From the NCBI RefSeq assembly GCF_009914755.1, contig NC_060929.1: 64,000 nucleotides of DNA, one strand, 5' to 3'. Both the position numbers and the translations under genes were made by a program. How positions within the stretch are numbered: position 1 is the stretch's first letter; the number at the start of each line of letters is the position of its first letter. The DNA is from the human T2T-CHM13v2.0 reference genome, Homo sapiens. Below, piece by piece: positions 17,317 to 29,995 of the stretch. A model generated the notes under the pieces. That model was given only the letters and a program-made list of their open reading frames with translations, did no database searches and was not told where the DNA came from.

Positions 17317-19430
17317 CGAAATGTCCGCTGAGAACCTGCACAGCTCTGTGCTGGGAACCAAAGCCCTGGTGGTGTGGGCTCATGAGAGGGGGTATCGTGA
17401 TCTGTGGGTTGCAGAGATCTGTGGAAAATGTGTGGTTTTCCCAGGCCGTGTAGCACAATCACTCACCGCATCTCTTGGCTGGGGTTGGGAGCTCCCCTTC
17501 CCCTGTGCAGCTCCTGAGTGGGCCATCACTCCACCCTGCTTTTCCTTGCTCTCCGTGGGTCACGCCAACTGCCTAGTTAGTCCCAGTGAGAGAACCTGGA
17601 TACCTCAGTTGCTGGTACAGGATTCACTTGCCATTTTCGTTCTCAGTGGGAGCCTCTGACAGCAGCTGTTTCTGTTTGGCTATCTTGGCCCCTCCCCCAG
17701 CACAGATTTTTATAAAACTAATGGCTATAGTGCACAGTCCTAAGATTCCGAAAAGAGGTTAAACTTTTATTTGGGAATAATACACTGAAAAGACAGGTAC
17801 GATGTTGTTCTGATTGAAAAAGCTCCATAAAATAATTGAACACGTACTATTAGGTAAACTGAAAACTAGAAAAATTATTATCTAAATGATGTAACATTAT
17901 TAAGCACTGTGACAAGGATTCTAGCAAAACTGCAAAAAATCCTGTTCCGCACTTCTGGTATAAAATATCTTTTTGTTCAGGCATGATGGGGCACTGTGTC
18001 TGCTAGCCATAGTCGGCATGTTTTATCTTCTAGTTAACGTATATCAAACCCAGCACTCAAATACAACTTTCCAGATCCTGGATGTGACAGTGAAGCACTG
18101 TTCAGAGCCCATTTTCTTTGGCCATTGATCTCAGATGCACCCTGAAACAAAAGTATTTACAACAACAATGAAAGATGAGTTTGCATGGAACATTTAAACT
18201 TTATGCTCTTTAGTTTTGCCACCTCTAAAATGAGAATAATCATTTTAGCTTACCTATTAGAGTTGTTCCAAAAAGTACTTAAGATGATTGTGAAAGACAA
18301 TCACCTTAAAGAAAAAAGGACTACTTGATGGTTACATATTACAATAAGCACAAAAGAAAAGTGGACTTAAGTTTCATATCAGGGTAGGAACAGGATGGTT
18401 TCAGCTTTTGAGAGTATCATGAGTAGGTGTCATTTAACTGAATGAATGGAATGAACCATGTGTATTATATAAATAAGCATATACATATTTTATAATCTTG
18501 TGATATTTACCAGATACTTGTTATCTACTAGTTCTTTGTAAAATACAAAATATGTGTATATTTTTGTGTTGACCTATACACAAAACTCTAATTCAGGACT
18601 TTAGATATAGCCAACGAAACAGCTACTTTCAGCTCCCACAAAAGTAAATGAATATACAACGTATTTTGCCAGTACCATAAGCAATGAGTCAACAGGCCCC
18701 ATAACATTTTTTGGTTACATGTTTTGAGTGACCACATTTTGAGTTACAGGGATTACAGATCTCATGGCCATAAAAAGTAATAACACTCCCACCCCATCAG
18801 TTATTGCATTTATATCTAGCTTATTCATTTCTGCCTCCACATTGGGTAACTAGGGAAACAATGATGTCACTGCTCAGTGTGGTACTTAGAAACTTCTTTA
18901 ATTAGGCTTATGGTTGGGGAAGCCTACAGTCATTTAATGAGTCTCACCTCTACCACTGCAATAAACTCATAGAACTTTTATTTTTCCGGGCTGCTGATAG
19001 GGGAAAGATTATAATTCTATCTAATGCATTGTTTTGGAAAAAATATGTATTCTAAAGCATACTTTTACTGAAAAATCATCTGTGTGTTTGCAACAGGAGT
19101 TTTTTGATGTACATTGACAACATTGAGGCAATTATATGACCCAAATTAAATGTTCCTTGTGGGACCGTGGTCCTTTGAGCAGTCATCCTTCCCCTGGCCC
19201 TTCCTGGCACCTAGCTTTTGGTCTGAGAGGCTGGGTTTCCATTTTGCTCTTCTTTATTATGATTTTTCCTACTCTGTCATGTTGGTAACAGCAAGTTTTA
19301 AAAAATAAACAGTATCTGAATGTAAAAGCCACCTGCCCCCAAAATGGGATAGAAATTAAATATCAGTCTTTCTAGTAAAATAAATAAATGGTCACTCAGT
19401 ACAGCTCAGCCATCACTTGCTTAATATGTT

Positions 19431-19874
19431 TGATATAGTTTGGATATTTGTTTCCTCCAAGTCTCATGTTGAAATTTGATCCCCAGTGTTGGAGGTGGGA
19501 CCTGGTGGGAGGTGTTTGGATCATAACGACAGATACCTCATGAATGGCTCAGTTCCATCCTTGTGATAATGAATGAGTTCCTACTGTATTAGTCTCTGTG
19601 AGAACTGATTGTCTAAAAGAGCATGGCACCTTCTCCTCTCTCTCTTTTCTCCTCTCTCACTGTTAGATGCCTGTTCCCCCTACTCTTCCTCCGTGAGTGG
19701 AAGCTTCTTGAAGCCCTCACTAAAAGCAGATGCTGACATCGTGCTTCTTGTACAGCACCCACAGGGGAAAACCAGCAGTAAAGGCTGCAGAACTGTGAGC
19801 CAAATAAGCCTTTTTTTTTGATACATTACCCAGCCTTAGGTGTTCCTTTATAGCAATGCAAATGGATTAAGTCA
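19431..19874 (+). mobile_element. MSTB-like MaLR solo LTR
   Basis: TG...CA termini, MST motifs, perfect TSD ATGTT (19426-19430 and 19875-19879). Confidence 0.9.
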
Positions 19875-19919
19875 ATGTTTGTGTTCTTAATTTCCAAAAT
19901 TATTTCCGTCATCTTATTT

Positions 19920-21545
19920 TTTCAAACTTTCTACACTCCCAACTGCCCTCCCTCAGCTGTTGACCTAATAATATAATTTGTTGAGAAAATGGAAGCAACC
20001 AGAGATGAATTCCATTATTTTCCCACCATCTAAGCCACACACCTACCTATATCCACACCTGTCTATACTCTACCTTCCCTCTGCCTCTATGAATGAAGGG
20101 TCCCTGTTCTGGGCAAAGGCCAACCCCTATCCTTGGGCTCAAGATCCTACCTGCTCTAATTCCCAATTTCCCCTCCCCATCTTGCATGTGTTTCTTCCTC
20201 TCTGTTGGGCATGCTTATCATTCCTATGGTCTACTGTCTCCCAACTTTAAAAAACCTTGCCTTGATCCAACCTACAGAATGGGAAAAAATTTTTGCAATC
20301 TACCCATCTGACAAAGAGCTAATATCTAAAATCTACAAAGAACTTAAACAAATTTATAAGAAAAAATCAACCCCATCAAAAAGTGGGCAAAGGATATGAA
20401 CAGACAATTCTCAAAAGGAGACATTTATGCAGCCAATGGACACATGAAAAAATGCTCATCATCACTGGCCATCAGAGAAATGCAAATCAAACCACAATGA
20501 GATACTATCTCACACCAGTTAGAATGGCAATCATTTAAAAGTCAGGAAACAACAGATGCTGGAGAGGTTGTGGAGAAATAGGAACACTTTTACACTGTTG
20601 GTGGGAGTGTAAACTAGTTCAACCATTGTGGAAGACAGTGTGGTGATTCCTCAAGGATCTAGAACTAGAAATACCATTTGACCTAGCCATCCCATTACTG
20701 GGTATATAAAGCATGCTGCTATAAAAACACATGCACATGTATGTTTATTGCAGCACTATTCACAATAGCAAAGACTTGGAACCAACTCAAATGGCCATCA
20801 GTGATAGACTGGATTAAGAAAATGTGGCACATATACCTCATGGAATACTATGCAGCCATTAAAAAAAGGATGAGTTCATGTCGTTTGAAGGGACGTGGAT
20901 GAAGCTGGAAACGGTTCTGAGCAAACTATTGCAAGGACAGAAAACCAAACACCACATGTTCTCACTCATAGGTGGGAATTGAACAATGAGAACACGTGGA
21001 CGCAGGGCAGGGAACATCACACACTGGGGCCTGTCGTGGGGTAGGGGGCAGGGGGAAGGATAGCATTAGGAGAAATACCTAATGTAAATGACAAGTTAAT
21101 GAGTGCAGCAAAGCAACATGGGACATGGATATATATGTAACAAACCTGCACTTTGTGCACATGTTTTCTAGAACTTAAAGTATAAAAATAAATAAATAAA
21201 TAAATAAATAAAAATAAAAAAACCTTGCCTTGATCCTATGTAGGGTCAAGCTGTTGGCCCATATTTCTCCTCCCCAGTCACTGTCAAGTGCGATATATTT
21301 CAAAAGGGAGACAATAGCTGAGAAGTCAAAGGTCCACAGGATTTGGACCCTTGAAAGAATGTCTACCATTTGCTGTCTTCATTTCCCCATTTCCTATTCT
21401 CTTCAAACTCCTCATATTGAGTGTCTTCTCCACTGGAACTGCTCTTGTCAGGGTTCCCAGTAATCCAATCTAGTCACATCCTGTGGACCTTGGCCTCTTG
21501 GGAGCATTCAACACAAATTAATACTGTCTGGTTCTTGAAATATTG
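19920..21545 (+). mobile_element. L2 LINE relic, split by younger insertions; continues about 24690-25205
   Basis: L2 motifs (cagctgttgacct...tgagaaaatggaagcaaccaga, ccttgaaagaatgtcta, actgctcttgtcaggg), similar to the L2 at 41500-42300. Confidence 0.65.
20269..21216 (+). mobile_element. 5'-truncated L1PA (PA5-like)
   Basis: ORF2 3' end, 3'UTR, (TAAA)n tail; perfect 20-bp TSD aaaaaaccttgccttgatcc (20249-20268 and 21217-21236). Confidence 0.95.
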
Positions 21546-21554
21546 GTTCCCTCC

Positions 21555-21875
21555 AGCGCCTCTGCCCGGCCACCTCATCTGGGAAGTGAGGTGCCCCTCT
21601 GCCCGACTGCCCACCATCTGGCAAGTGAGGAGTGCCTTTGCCCAGCTGCCCACTGTCTGGGAAGTGAGGAGCACCTCTGCCCAGCCACCCCACCTGGGAA
21701 GTGAGGAGCACCTCTGTCCGGCCGCTGCCCCATCTGGGAAGTGAGGAGCACCTCTGCCTGGCTGCTGTGCAACTTTCCAAGTGTGAAGTGACAGCCTTGT
21801 GTGTGATTTTTCCTGTCTTCCTCAAGTTTGCATTTTTGACATTAAAGTTTACTTTTTAATTAAAAAAAAAAGAAA
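21555..21875 (+). mobile_element. SVA2-type retroposon (SVA VNTR + non-SINE-R 3' end + poly(A))
   Basis: Five 37-40-bp SVA-like VNTR units (tgggaagtgaggagcacctctgcc), ~100-bp unique 3' segment with ATTAAA at 21841, poly(A), TSD gaaatatt(t)ggttccctcc (21537-21554 and 21876-21894). Confidence 0.85.
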
Positions 21876-21894
21876 GAAATATTTGGTTCCCTCC

Positions 21895-24660
21895 TAAAAC
21901 AGAGCCTGAGACAAAGACTTGTAGTCAGATGGTTTATTTGGAGAAGGATTCCAGGAAGCTGAAGTGAGAGGTTGTATTAGTCCATTTTCATGCTGCTGAT
22001 AAAGACAATCTGAGACTTGGCAATTTACAAAAGAAAGAGGTTTAACGGACTTACAGTTCCATGTGGTTGGGGAGGCCTCACAATCATGGTGGAAGGCAAG
22101 AAAAAGCAAGTCACATCTTACATGGATGGCAGCAGGAAAAGAGAGAGCTTGTGCAGGGAAACTCCTGTTTTTAAAACCATCAGACCTCATGAGACTTACT
22201 TACTATCATGAGAAGTGCATGGGAAAGACTCACCCCCATGATTCAATTATCTCCCACCAGGTCCCTCCCACAACACATGGAAATTATGGGAGCTACAGGA
22301 TGAGATTTGTGGGGGACAGAGCCAAACCATATCATTCCACTCCTGGCCCCTCCCAAATCTCAAGTCCTCACATTTCAAAACCAGTCATGCCTTCCCAACA
22401 GTCCCCCAAAGTCTTAATTCATTTCAGCATTAACTCAAAAGTCCACCATCCAAAGTCTCATCTGAGACAAGGCAAGTCCCTTCCACCTATGATTCTGTAA
22501 AATCAAAGGCAAGTTAGTTACTTCCTAGATACAATGGGAGTACAGGCATTGGGGAACTACAGCCATTCCAAACAGGAGAAATTGGCCAAAACAAAGGGCC
22601 TATAGGCCCCATGCAAGTCTAAAATCCAGTGGGGCAGTCAAACCTTGAAGCTGCAAAATGATCTCCTTTGACTCCATGTCTCAAATCCAGGTCATGCTGA
22701 TGCAAGAGGTGGGTTCCCATGGTCTTGGGCAGCTCTGCCCCTGTGGCTTTGCAGGGTACAGTCTCCCTCCTGCTGCTTTCATGAGCTAGCATTGAGTGTC
22801 TGTGGCTTTTCCAGGCATACAGTGCAAGCTGTTTGTGGATCTACCATTCTGGGGTCTGGAGAATGGTAGCCCTCTTCTCACAGCTCCACTAGGCAGTGCC
22901 CCAATAGGGACTTTGTGTGGTGGCTCCAACCCCACATTTCCCTTCTGCACTGCCCTAGCAGAGGTCCTCCATGAGAGCCCCCACTCTGCAGCAAACTTCT
23001 GCCTGGGCATCCAGGCATTTCCATACATCCTCTGAAATTTAGGCAGAGGTTCCCAAACCTCAATTATTGACTTCTGTGCACCTGCAGGCTCAACACCATG
23101 TGGAAAATTCCAAGGCTTGGGGCTTGCACCCTCTGAAGCCACAGCTCGACCTGTACCTTGCCCCTTTGAGTCACGGCTGGAGTGGCTGGGATGCAGGGCA
23201 CCAAGTCCCTAGGCTGCACACAGCATGGGGACCCTTGGCCCAGCCCATGACCATTTTTTCTTTCTAGGCCTCAGGGCCTGTGATGGGGGATGCTGCTGCG
23301 AAGACCTCTGACATGCACTGGAGACATTTTCCCCATTGTCTTGGGAATTAGCATTTGGCTCCTTGTTACTTATGCACATTTCTGCAGCCAGCTTGAATTT
23401 CTCCTCAGAAAATGGAATTTTCTTTTCCATTGCATTGTCAGGCTGCAAATTTTCCAAATTTTTATACTCTGTTTCCCTTTTAAAACTAAACACCTTTAAC
23501 AGCACCCAAGTCACCACTTGAATGCTTTGCTGCCTAGAAATTTCTTCTGCCAGATACCCTAAATCATCTCTCTCAAGTTCAAAGTTCCACAAATCTCTAG
23601 GGCAGGGGCAGAATGCTGCCAGTCTCTTTGCTAAAACATAACAAGAGTTATGTTCCCAACAAGTTCATCTCCACCTTAGACTACCTCAGCCTGGATTTCA
23701 TGGTCCATTTCATTATCAGCATTTTGGTCAAAGCCATTCAACAAGTCTCTAGGAAGTTCCACACTTTCCCACATTTTCCTGTCTTCTGAGCCCTCCACAC
23801 TGTTCCAACCTCTGCCTGTTACCCAGTTTCAGAGTCACTTCCACATTTTTGGGTATCTTTCAGCAGCACCCTACTCTACTGGTACCAATTTACTGTATCA
23901 GTCCATTTTCATGCTGTTGATAAAGACATGCATGAGACTGGGCAATTTACAAAAGAAAGCGGTTTAATGGACTTACAGTTCCACATGGCTGGGGAGGCCT
24001 CACAATCATGGTGGAAGGAAAGAAAAAGCAAGTCTTATCTTACGTGGGTGGCAGCAGGTAGAGAGAGAGCTTGTGCAGGGAAACTCCTGTTTTTAAAATC
24101 ATCAGATCTCATGAGACTTATTTACTATCATGAGAACAGCATGGGAAAGACCCACCCTCATGATTCATTTATCTCCCACCAGATCCCTCCTACAACATGT
24201 GGGAATTATAGGAGCTACAGGATGAGATTTGGGTGGGGACACAGCCAACTATATCAGAGGTCATAGAGAAGAAAGGAAAGTCAATAAAAGGTCCTATTAC
24301 GGAAGTGGCCACAGTTACAGGTGATTGGTGCAAGAAGTGATTAATTCATGAGACCCTGAAGAGTGTGATAAAATGTACCTTAGAACCATCTGCCTGGGGG
24401 ATAGAAAGGGAAGCATGTATCTACTGGATCTCATTTCCCACAGCTCAGAGGTAGTCTCACAAGTGTTATCTTCTCAGTCTCAGTTCATGCACAAGTGTCA
24501 GCAGATTCCTATTTCATGGGTCAGATAAGCCCCAGGGCAGAAAGGGGGAGATGGCTGGTTTCTACCTGAGACAGGCACTTCCCATTTGTACCTGTATGAA
24601 GCTGTTAGAGCCTTCATGGGACATGTCACTGCAGCAGTGGCTGGAGACCAGCTTCCTGAC
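21895..24660 (-). mobile_element. Old ERVL LTR (LTR16/LTR33-like) split by the THE1 provirus
   Basis: cagagcctgagacaaagactt...ggtttatttggagaag terminus motif at 21900-21950; LTR-like text resumes after 24261. Confidence 0.4.
21973..24256 (-). mobile_element. Complete THE1B-like MaLR provirus (LTRs 21973-22334 and 23894-24256, ~1.56-kb internal region)
   Basis: Two ~362-bp LTRs, THE1-int, perfect TSD GAGGT (21968-21972 and 24257-24261). Confidence 0.95.
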
Positions 24661-25571
24661 ACCACACTTATCAAGCACATGTAGAAGCCTTTTGTGCTGA
24701 CTTCTCTGCTTCTCATCCCAATGTTGGCATTCTCCCATGGCTCTGTGCTGAAGCTGCTGCTTTTAAAAATCCAATCACTCTCACATGTGACCTCATTCTG
24801 TTCCATAGATGTAAATGTATCTATTTGACTCCCAAATCTACCCTAATCTCTACTTAGAACTCCAGACTTCAGTATCTACTAATAGTCTGCTTGACAGATG
24901 TGCAAATGGAGTCTAAGATGCATCTTAAACTGAATATGGCAAAAACAGATTAGTTGTTCTTCCAACATCACCACCACTGCTGCCACCCAAAACCTTCTCT
25001 ATCCCCAGTCTTCAGAGGATCAGCATCCATCAAGTGTTGAAAAGCAAATTTAGAAGTTAGCCCTTATTCCTATATTTCCCTCATCCCCATATCAGCAAGT
25101 CCTGGGAATGCATCCTAGAAGCCATATCCTCCCCTTCTCCCCATCTCTGCTACCACTGCCTAGCCCAAGCCATCAGCTCTCACCTGACCCTACGATAGCT
25201 TCTTAATGCTCCGTTCTTCCCACAAAGCTTTCAGTTACTAAAGAAATATGTTCTAATTACATATTCTTAATGTTTGCTTACAAAGTTATCTCTCTGTCAA
25301 ACTTTCAAACTTTTTCATTACTGAAATAAAACCATTTATGATGTTTCTTAACGAGAGCATGCTAACATTTGCCTATTTCTATTCCCCCATTTTTTATGCT
25401 TGAACTATGTTTACATTGTCAAAGCAAATAACTATTACATATCTTTTAACCTTTATTAGTTCTTAGTACTTATTTAGTCTTAGTTCTACAAGTAACCATG
25501 AATCTATTGCTCATCATCAGCCCTTGTGTAATATCTCTGAGTTATTGTTGTCTGAAGTTTATTCTCTAGTA

Positions 25572-25913
25572 CAGCAGTCCCCAACCTTTTTGGCACCAGG
25601 GACCAATTTCATGGAAGACAATTTTTCCATGAACAGAGAGATTAGGGGATGGCTTCGGGATGAAACTGTTCCACCTCAGATCATCAGGCATTAGATTCTC
25701 ATAAGGAACCCACAATCTAGATGCCTCACATGAGCAGTTCACTAAACGGTTCATGCTGCTATGAGAGATTAATGCCACTGCTGATCAGACAGGAGGCGGA
25801 GCTCAGACAGTAATGCTCGCTCACCTGCTGCTCACCTCCTGCTGTGCAGCCTGGTTCCTAACAGGCCATGGACCAGTCCCAGGGTCTGTGGACCCCCAGG
25901 TTGGAGATCCCTG
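25572..25913 (+). mobile_element. MER1B-like hAT-Charlie MITE
   Basis: Imperfect TIRs cagcagtccccaacc / ggttggagatccctg; perfect 8-bp TSD CTCTAGTA (25564-25571 and 25914-25921); 342 bp. Confidence 0.92.
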
Positions 25914-26596
25914 CTCTAGTAGATTCCTAAAGAATCACTTATGGGAATGACATTCTTTGAGTTGTCACATATTGATACTAGTTTGTGCCCTTTGTAGTGA
26001 AAAATATGTTTTTGCTAGATTTAAATCTTTGGCTTATATTTTCTTTTCTTGTCTTAAATATGTTACTCCATTTTTTCCTGCCACAAAGCATTGCTAGAAA
26101 TGTTTGATTGATTATGTGTAATCTAATTTTCTTTTTTGGGGAAGAGAGGGTAGATGCTCAAATAATTGTTTCTTTTTATCTGAAGACTACTAAGCTTAAA
26201 ATGTAGTTTCAAATATTTGTCTGCTTTAGGAATTTTTTTATTTATACTTTTTAGTGTTTGTTCTGTTGCCTTGTTTTTCTTCTTCAAGAATTTCTATTAT
26301 CCATATATTGGATCTCCTTTGACTGTTTTCAGTATCTGTCATTTTTTCTCAAATACTTTTTCTTTCTTCCTTTTATTTAAAAATAAACTTCCCCTTTCAC
26401 TTTCTATTCTTTTTAAGGTGCTTTATTTTCTTTTTATTTTCATGCTCCTTTTATTTTATTCTTCATTTCAAAAGTGATTGTTTAATTTCTGTTTCTTTCT
26501 CAAGTTTTGTCACCTCATTTTTCTACTTCTGATTTATGTTGCTCTGTTATGTTTTATTTTCTTAATATCTTTTAGATCATTTTGAAGTAATAGGTT

Positions 26597-26959
26597 GGCC
26601 TGGCACAGTGGCTTACACCTGTAATCCCAGCACTTTGGGAAGGCCGAGGCAGGCAGATCACGAGGTCAGGAGATCGAGATCATCCTGACCAACATGGTGA
26701 AACCCCGCCTCTACTAAAATACAAAAATTAGCAGGCGTGGTGGTGGGCACCTGTAATCCCAGCTACTTGGGAGGCTGAGGCAGGGTAATCACTTGAACCT
26801 AGAGGCGGAGGTTGCAGTGAGCCAAGATTGTGCCACTGCACTCAAGCCTGGGCGACAGAGCAAGACTCCATCTGAAAAAGAAAGAAAAAGAAGAGAAGAG
26901 AAGAGAAGAGAAGAGAAGAGAAGAGAAGAGAAGAGAAGAGAAGAGAAGAGAAGAGAAGA
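26597..26959 (+). mobile_element. AluS (Sc-like) with pentamer-converted tail
   Basis: Full Alu, gatcacgaggtcaggagatcgag diagnostic; TSD gaa(g/a)taataggtt (26584-26596 and 26960-26972). Confidence 0.95.
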
Positions 26960-26960
26960 G
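26891..26960 (+). repeat. (AAGAG)14 microsatellite
   Basis: 14 perfect units counted directly. Confidence 0.97.
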
Positions 26961-28504
26961 AAATAATAGGTTAATGTTTATCTATTTTATGGGCATGTCT
27001 TTCTGAAATCCTCTCACTGACTAGGAATGTTATTCTCCTCCTTATTCTATTTTTTTTTTTAATAACAGCATGAAATCTGACTTCAGTACTTCAGTGTTTA
27101 TTTTTATGTGGCATTAGTTTGCCTTAACTTTTAGAAAGAGGCTTGATTCAGGGAGTTTTTCTGATTTCACAGAGCTACCGCTTGTTTTCTTATGGTGTTA
27201 ACATAATACCGTAGCTTGTGTTCTTAAATTTCCTGATTTTGCTTCCCTCTCCCACTTTTATCTGCACCATTTCTTTCCATGCTCTCTGTTGTCTTGGTCC
27301 TTTTGAGGTTTGGTTTACTATCAGCCCTTTTGCTATAGTGTTGGGGCCCTGGCCTGGAAGGGAGCCCTGGCTGATCATTTTCAAAAGTTTATGGACTCTT
27401 CAGATTTTACTGTGCACCTTGTAATCACCTACTATTGGAGTAGATGAAACCCTGTTGGTTTCACCTGTTGTCTGCTAATTGGCCTGCTATGCTTTCAGTG
27501 AATTCTGAACTCTCCTGCTTTCACATCTGGGAGATGCCCTATAGCTTCTCTCAGCTTCCCTCTGCACAGATGCTAATATGAGGCAAATCTTGTGGCTATT
27601 GGTGGGTCGTCCTCACCCACTTGTATTTTGGGCTATCTCCATGAACCAAGTTTCGTTGTAAATGTAGTCCATGGCTTTTGGGTTAAACTCTCTACTTGTT
27701 TTCTGTTTTTATGCAGGGATTTGGCTTTTATCACCATTGCCATTCTCTTGTAGCATTCTCAAGGAACTAGCCACTTTAAGCAACAAATCAATCAGCCAAA
27801 TTTTCTTTGAGTCAACTGTCTGGTTATTCTATTTGAAATGATAAAACTACTTGATATGTACCAACATAAACAAATTTTACTTTTATGAAAGTAAAACAAA
27901 ATGTATGTCTGCTTTTTTGCTAGCCCAAACTTGTCTCTGCTTAGAGCCCTATCAAAAATGGTGTCACAAAATGGAGTATAGTGCTCCTAATGTAATACTT
28001 TTCAGGTGATTTGATCACATAAATGTAAATGTTAGAGAGGTTTATATGGTTCTATTTAGTGCATTAATATTGTAACTGAAGTTCAGTTTCTGACTTCATA
28101 CACAAGAGTTAATAAATAGGCACATTTACCTACTGATTAAGTAAAAATAGCTTCCCACACTGATGATTGAACTGACAAAGGCTTTAGGGAATTAGAACTT
28201 AAAATTTTACTTGACATTCTGCTCACCTTACCATGTGACCTAATTCATGACTGCTTTACCCATTGCTTTAAAATAATATTCACCCAGAACTAGTATTTTT
28301 AAAGATAATTTAAGATGTCCCCACCAGGCCAGTCTGGCAAGTGCAGCTTCTTAAGACTATAAGAGATTATGCCTCTAATATTTTTATTGTTGAAGAGATA
28401 ATACCCAGTATGATTTCTTTTCACTTAGACTTCCGAATATGGAATATTTTCTTGTTCTAAATCAAAGTATGAGATGTCTTTTTTAAAAATAATGAAACCA
28501 CCAT

Positions 28505-28680
28505 CACTGATGGAGGGAGAGATTGATCGTTAGATGTAACATGATATGAGAAAGCCAGTGTAATATGTAAAACTTTGATGGTAAAATATAGATGATGAGT
28601 ATGGAGATGTTTACTATAAAATTCTTTCAACTTTGCTGTATGCTTGAGAATTGTTTTAATAATGTATTAGAGAAAATACC
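28505..28680 (+). mobile_element. Ancient L1M 3' terminus
   Basis: aaaattctttcaactttgctgtatgcttgagaatt...aataatgtattag motif. Confidence 0.55.
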
Positions 28681-29569
28681 ACATAAACTTTTAATCTCTG
28701 TGAAAGAGAAATGGAAAAAATTCTTGGATTTCATTCTAAAAGTTCCTTATTTAAAACCAAATAAACTTTGTAAGGTTTAGAGGAATTGTATTTTGAAAGT
28801 TTTTCCTATGTGTATCTAAGCACATTTTAATAACTTTCATGAACTAAGAGTTTCTCAAAAACAGGTTGTATCTGTTCTTCTTTACAGAAGTTCTCTATCC
28901 AAAATAGTTTCAGGAAGGAGGTTTCCGTGATACAGGCTTAAAATAAAAACTGAGTTAAAAAAAATTTGGCTGGCTGAATATGGTGCCAGAAGATGCTGGT
29001 GTAGATAAGGCTTCCTCCCCATGCACTCATGCTCACCATGGGCTTTTATTTTTTAGCTGGAATAGGAGGGATGTGTTCGGTTGAGGGCATAGGCTGTAAG
29101 AAGATTTTAAGGGGATGCTGTCAGCTTTGCCATCTACCCCTAGAAATGGGATCGATCCCTCAGGATTAGAGAAATAAAAGCCAGAAAGCAGACCTCCTGA
29201 AACTCTGGACAAAAGCAGACCTGCTGTGGGGACTCCATGAATGAGTGTCCAGAAAGAAAGAAAAAGGCCATTCTTCCAACTCTGTGTGGAAGTCAGGAGG
29301 ACTGCAGCATCTTGACCATTGCCAGTTTGGGGAACCTCCAATAACCAGCATCCTTAGCATAAACATTATTGTTCTCAAAATGCAAGCCTTCAGCAGAAAT
29401 CATGGTGGAGTTCAGTCAACCAGATACCTGGGCAGTGGTAAGGACATCTGCATGGGAGAGGAAACGGTGGAGGACGTAAATGAGGCTGCCATGACAGATT
29501 GGTTAGTAGGCACCTAGGAGGCTCCCTCAGTGGCTTACAGAAACAAATGAGGAATACTCAGAGTTAGTT

Positions 29570-29995
29570 TCTCGTTTGGGGATAGGTTACTTAAAAACTT
29601 GCCTGAGGTAGGAATTCTTGCCCAAGTGACTGATTTGAGCACCGTTCTTGGGAGAAGCGCATGAGAGAAGCAGGATAGGGAAGGGGAAGAAAGCTACTCA
29701 AGAACGAAGTCTCAGCTGGAAGTTAGCTTCCATCGGACCCCACGCACGGATTCTGGAAAGTGAATCACATCACAGAATTGGCCTTTTGTACTCCATGTCT
29801 CAGCCAGTCATTGGCTGATGTTTGCCCCCAAGTCCCAAGTGTAGAGGGCTGGAATAGCCTTCCTAATGAAGAGGTTCCTGAGGGCAATTCTTTGATGAAA
29901 AGGAAAGCTGTTCCTTGTTAAAAACCCCAAACTTAGTAGTGAGTGCTTGGTCTCTAAAGGGGAGCTAGGTGGAGCACCAAGAGGTGTCCACTACT
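29570..29995 (-). mobile_element. LTR16-family (ERVL) LTR relic
   Basis: gaagcaggatagggaaggggaagaaagcta...gtctcagctggaagttagcttc resembles recalled LTR16 consensus. Confidence 0.55.

Larger units (their letters stand above)
25230..27750 (-). mobile_element. HAL1 / ancient L1 ORF1-like relic hosting MER1 and an Alu
   Basis: T-rich degenerate antisense ORF1-like sequence; boundaries uncertain. Confidence 0.45.

Noticed and set aside
21580-21760. CRISPR-like regularly spaced repeats
   Set aside because: Contiguous degenerate VNTR units without unique spacers, in a primate context, with poly(A) and TSDs
29033-29517. Overlapping 70-102-aa ORFs in unique DNA
   Set aside because: No recognisable protein similarity, mostly non-ATG starts, lengths expected by chance
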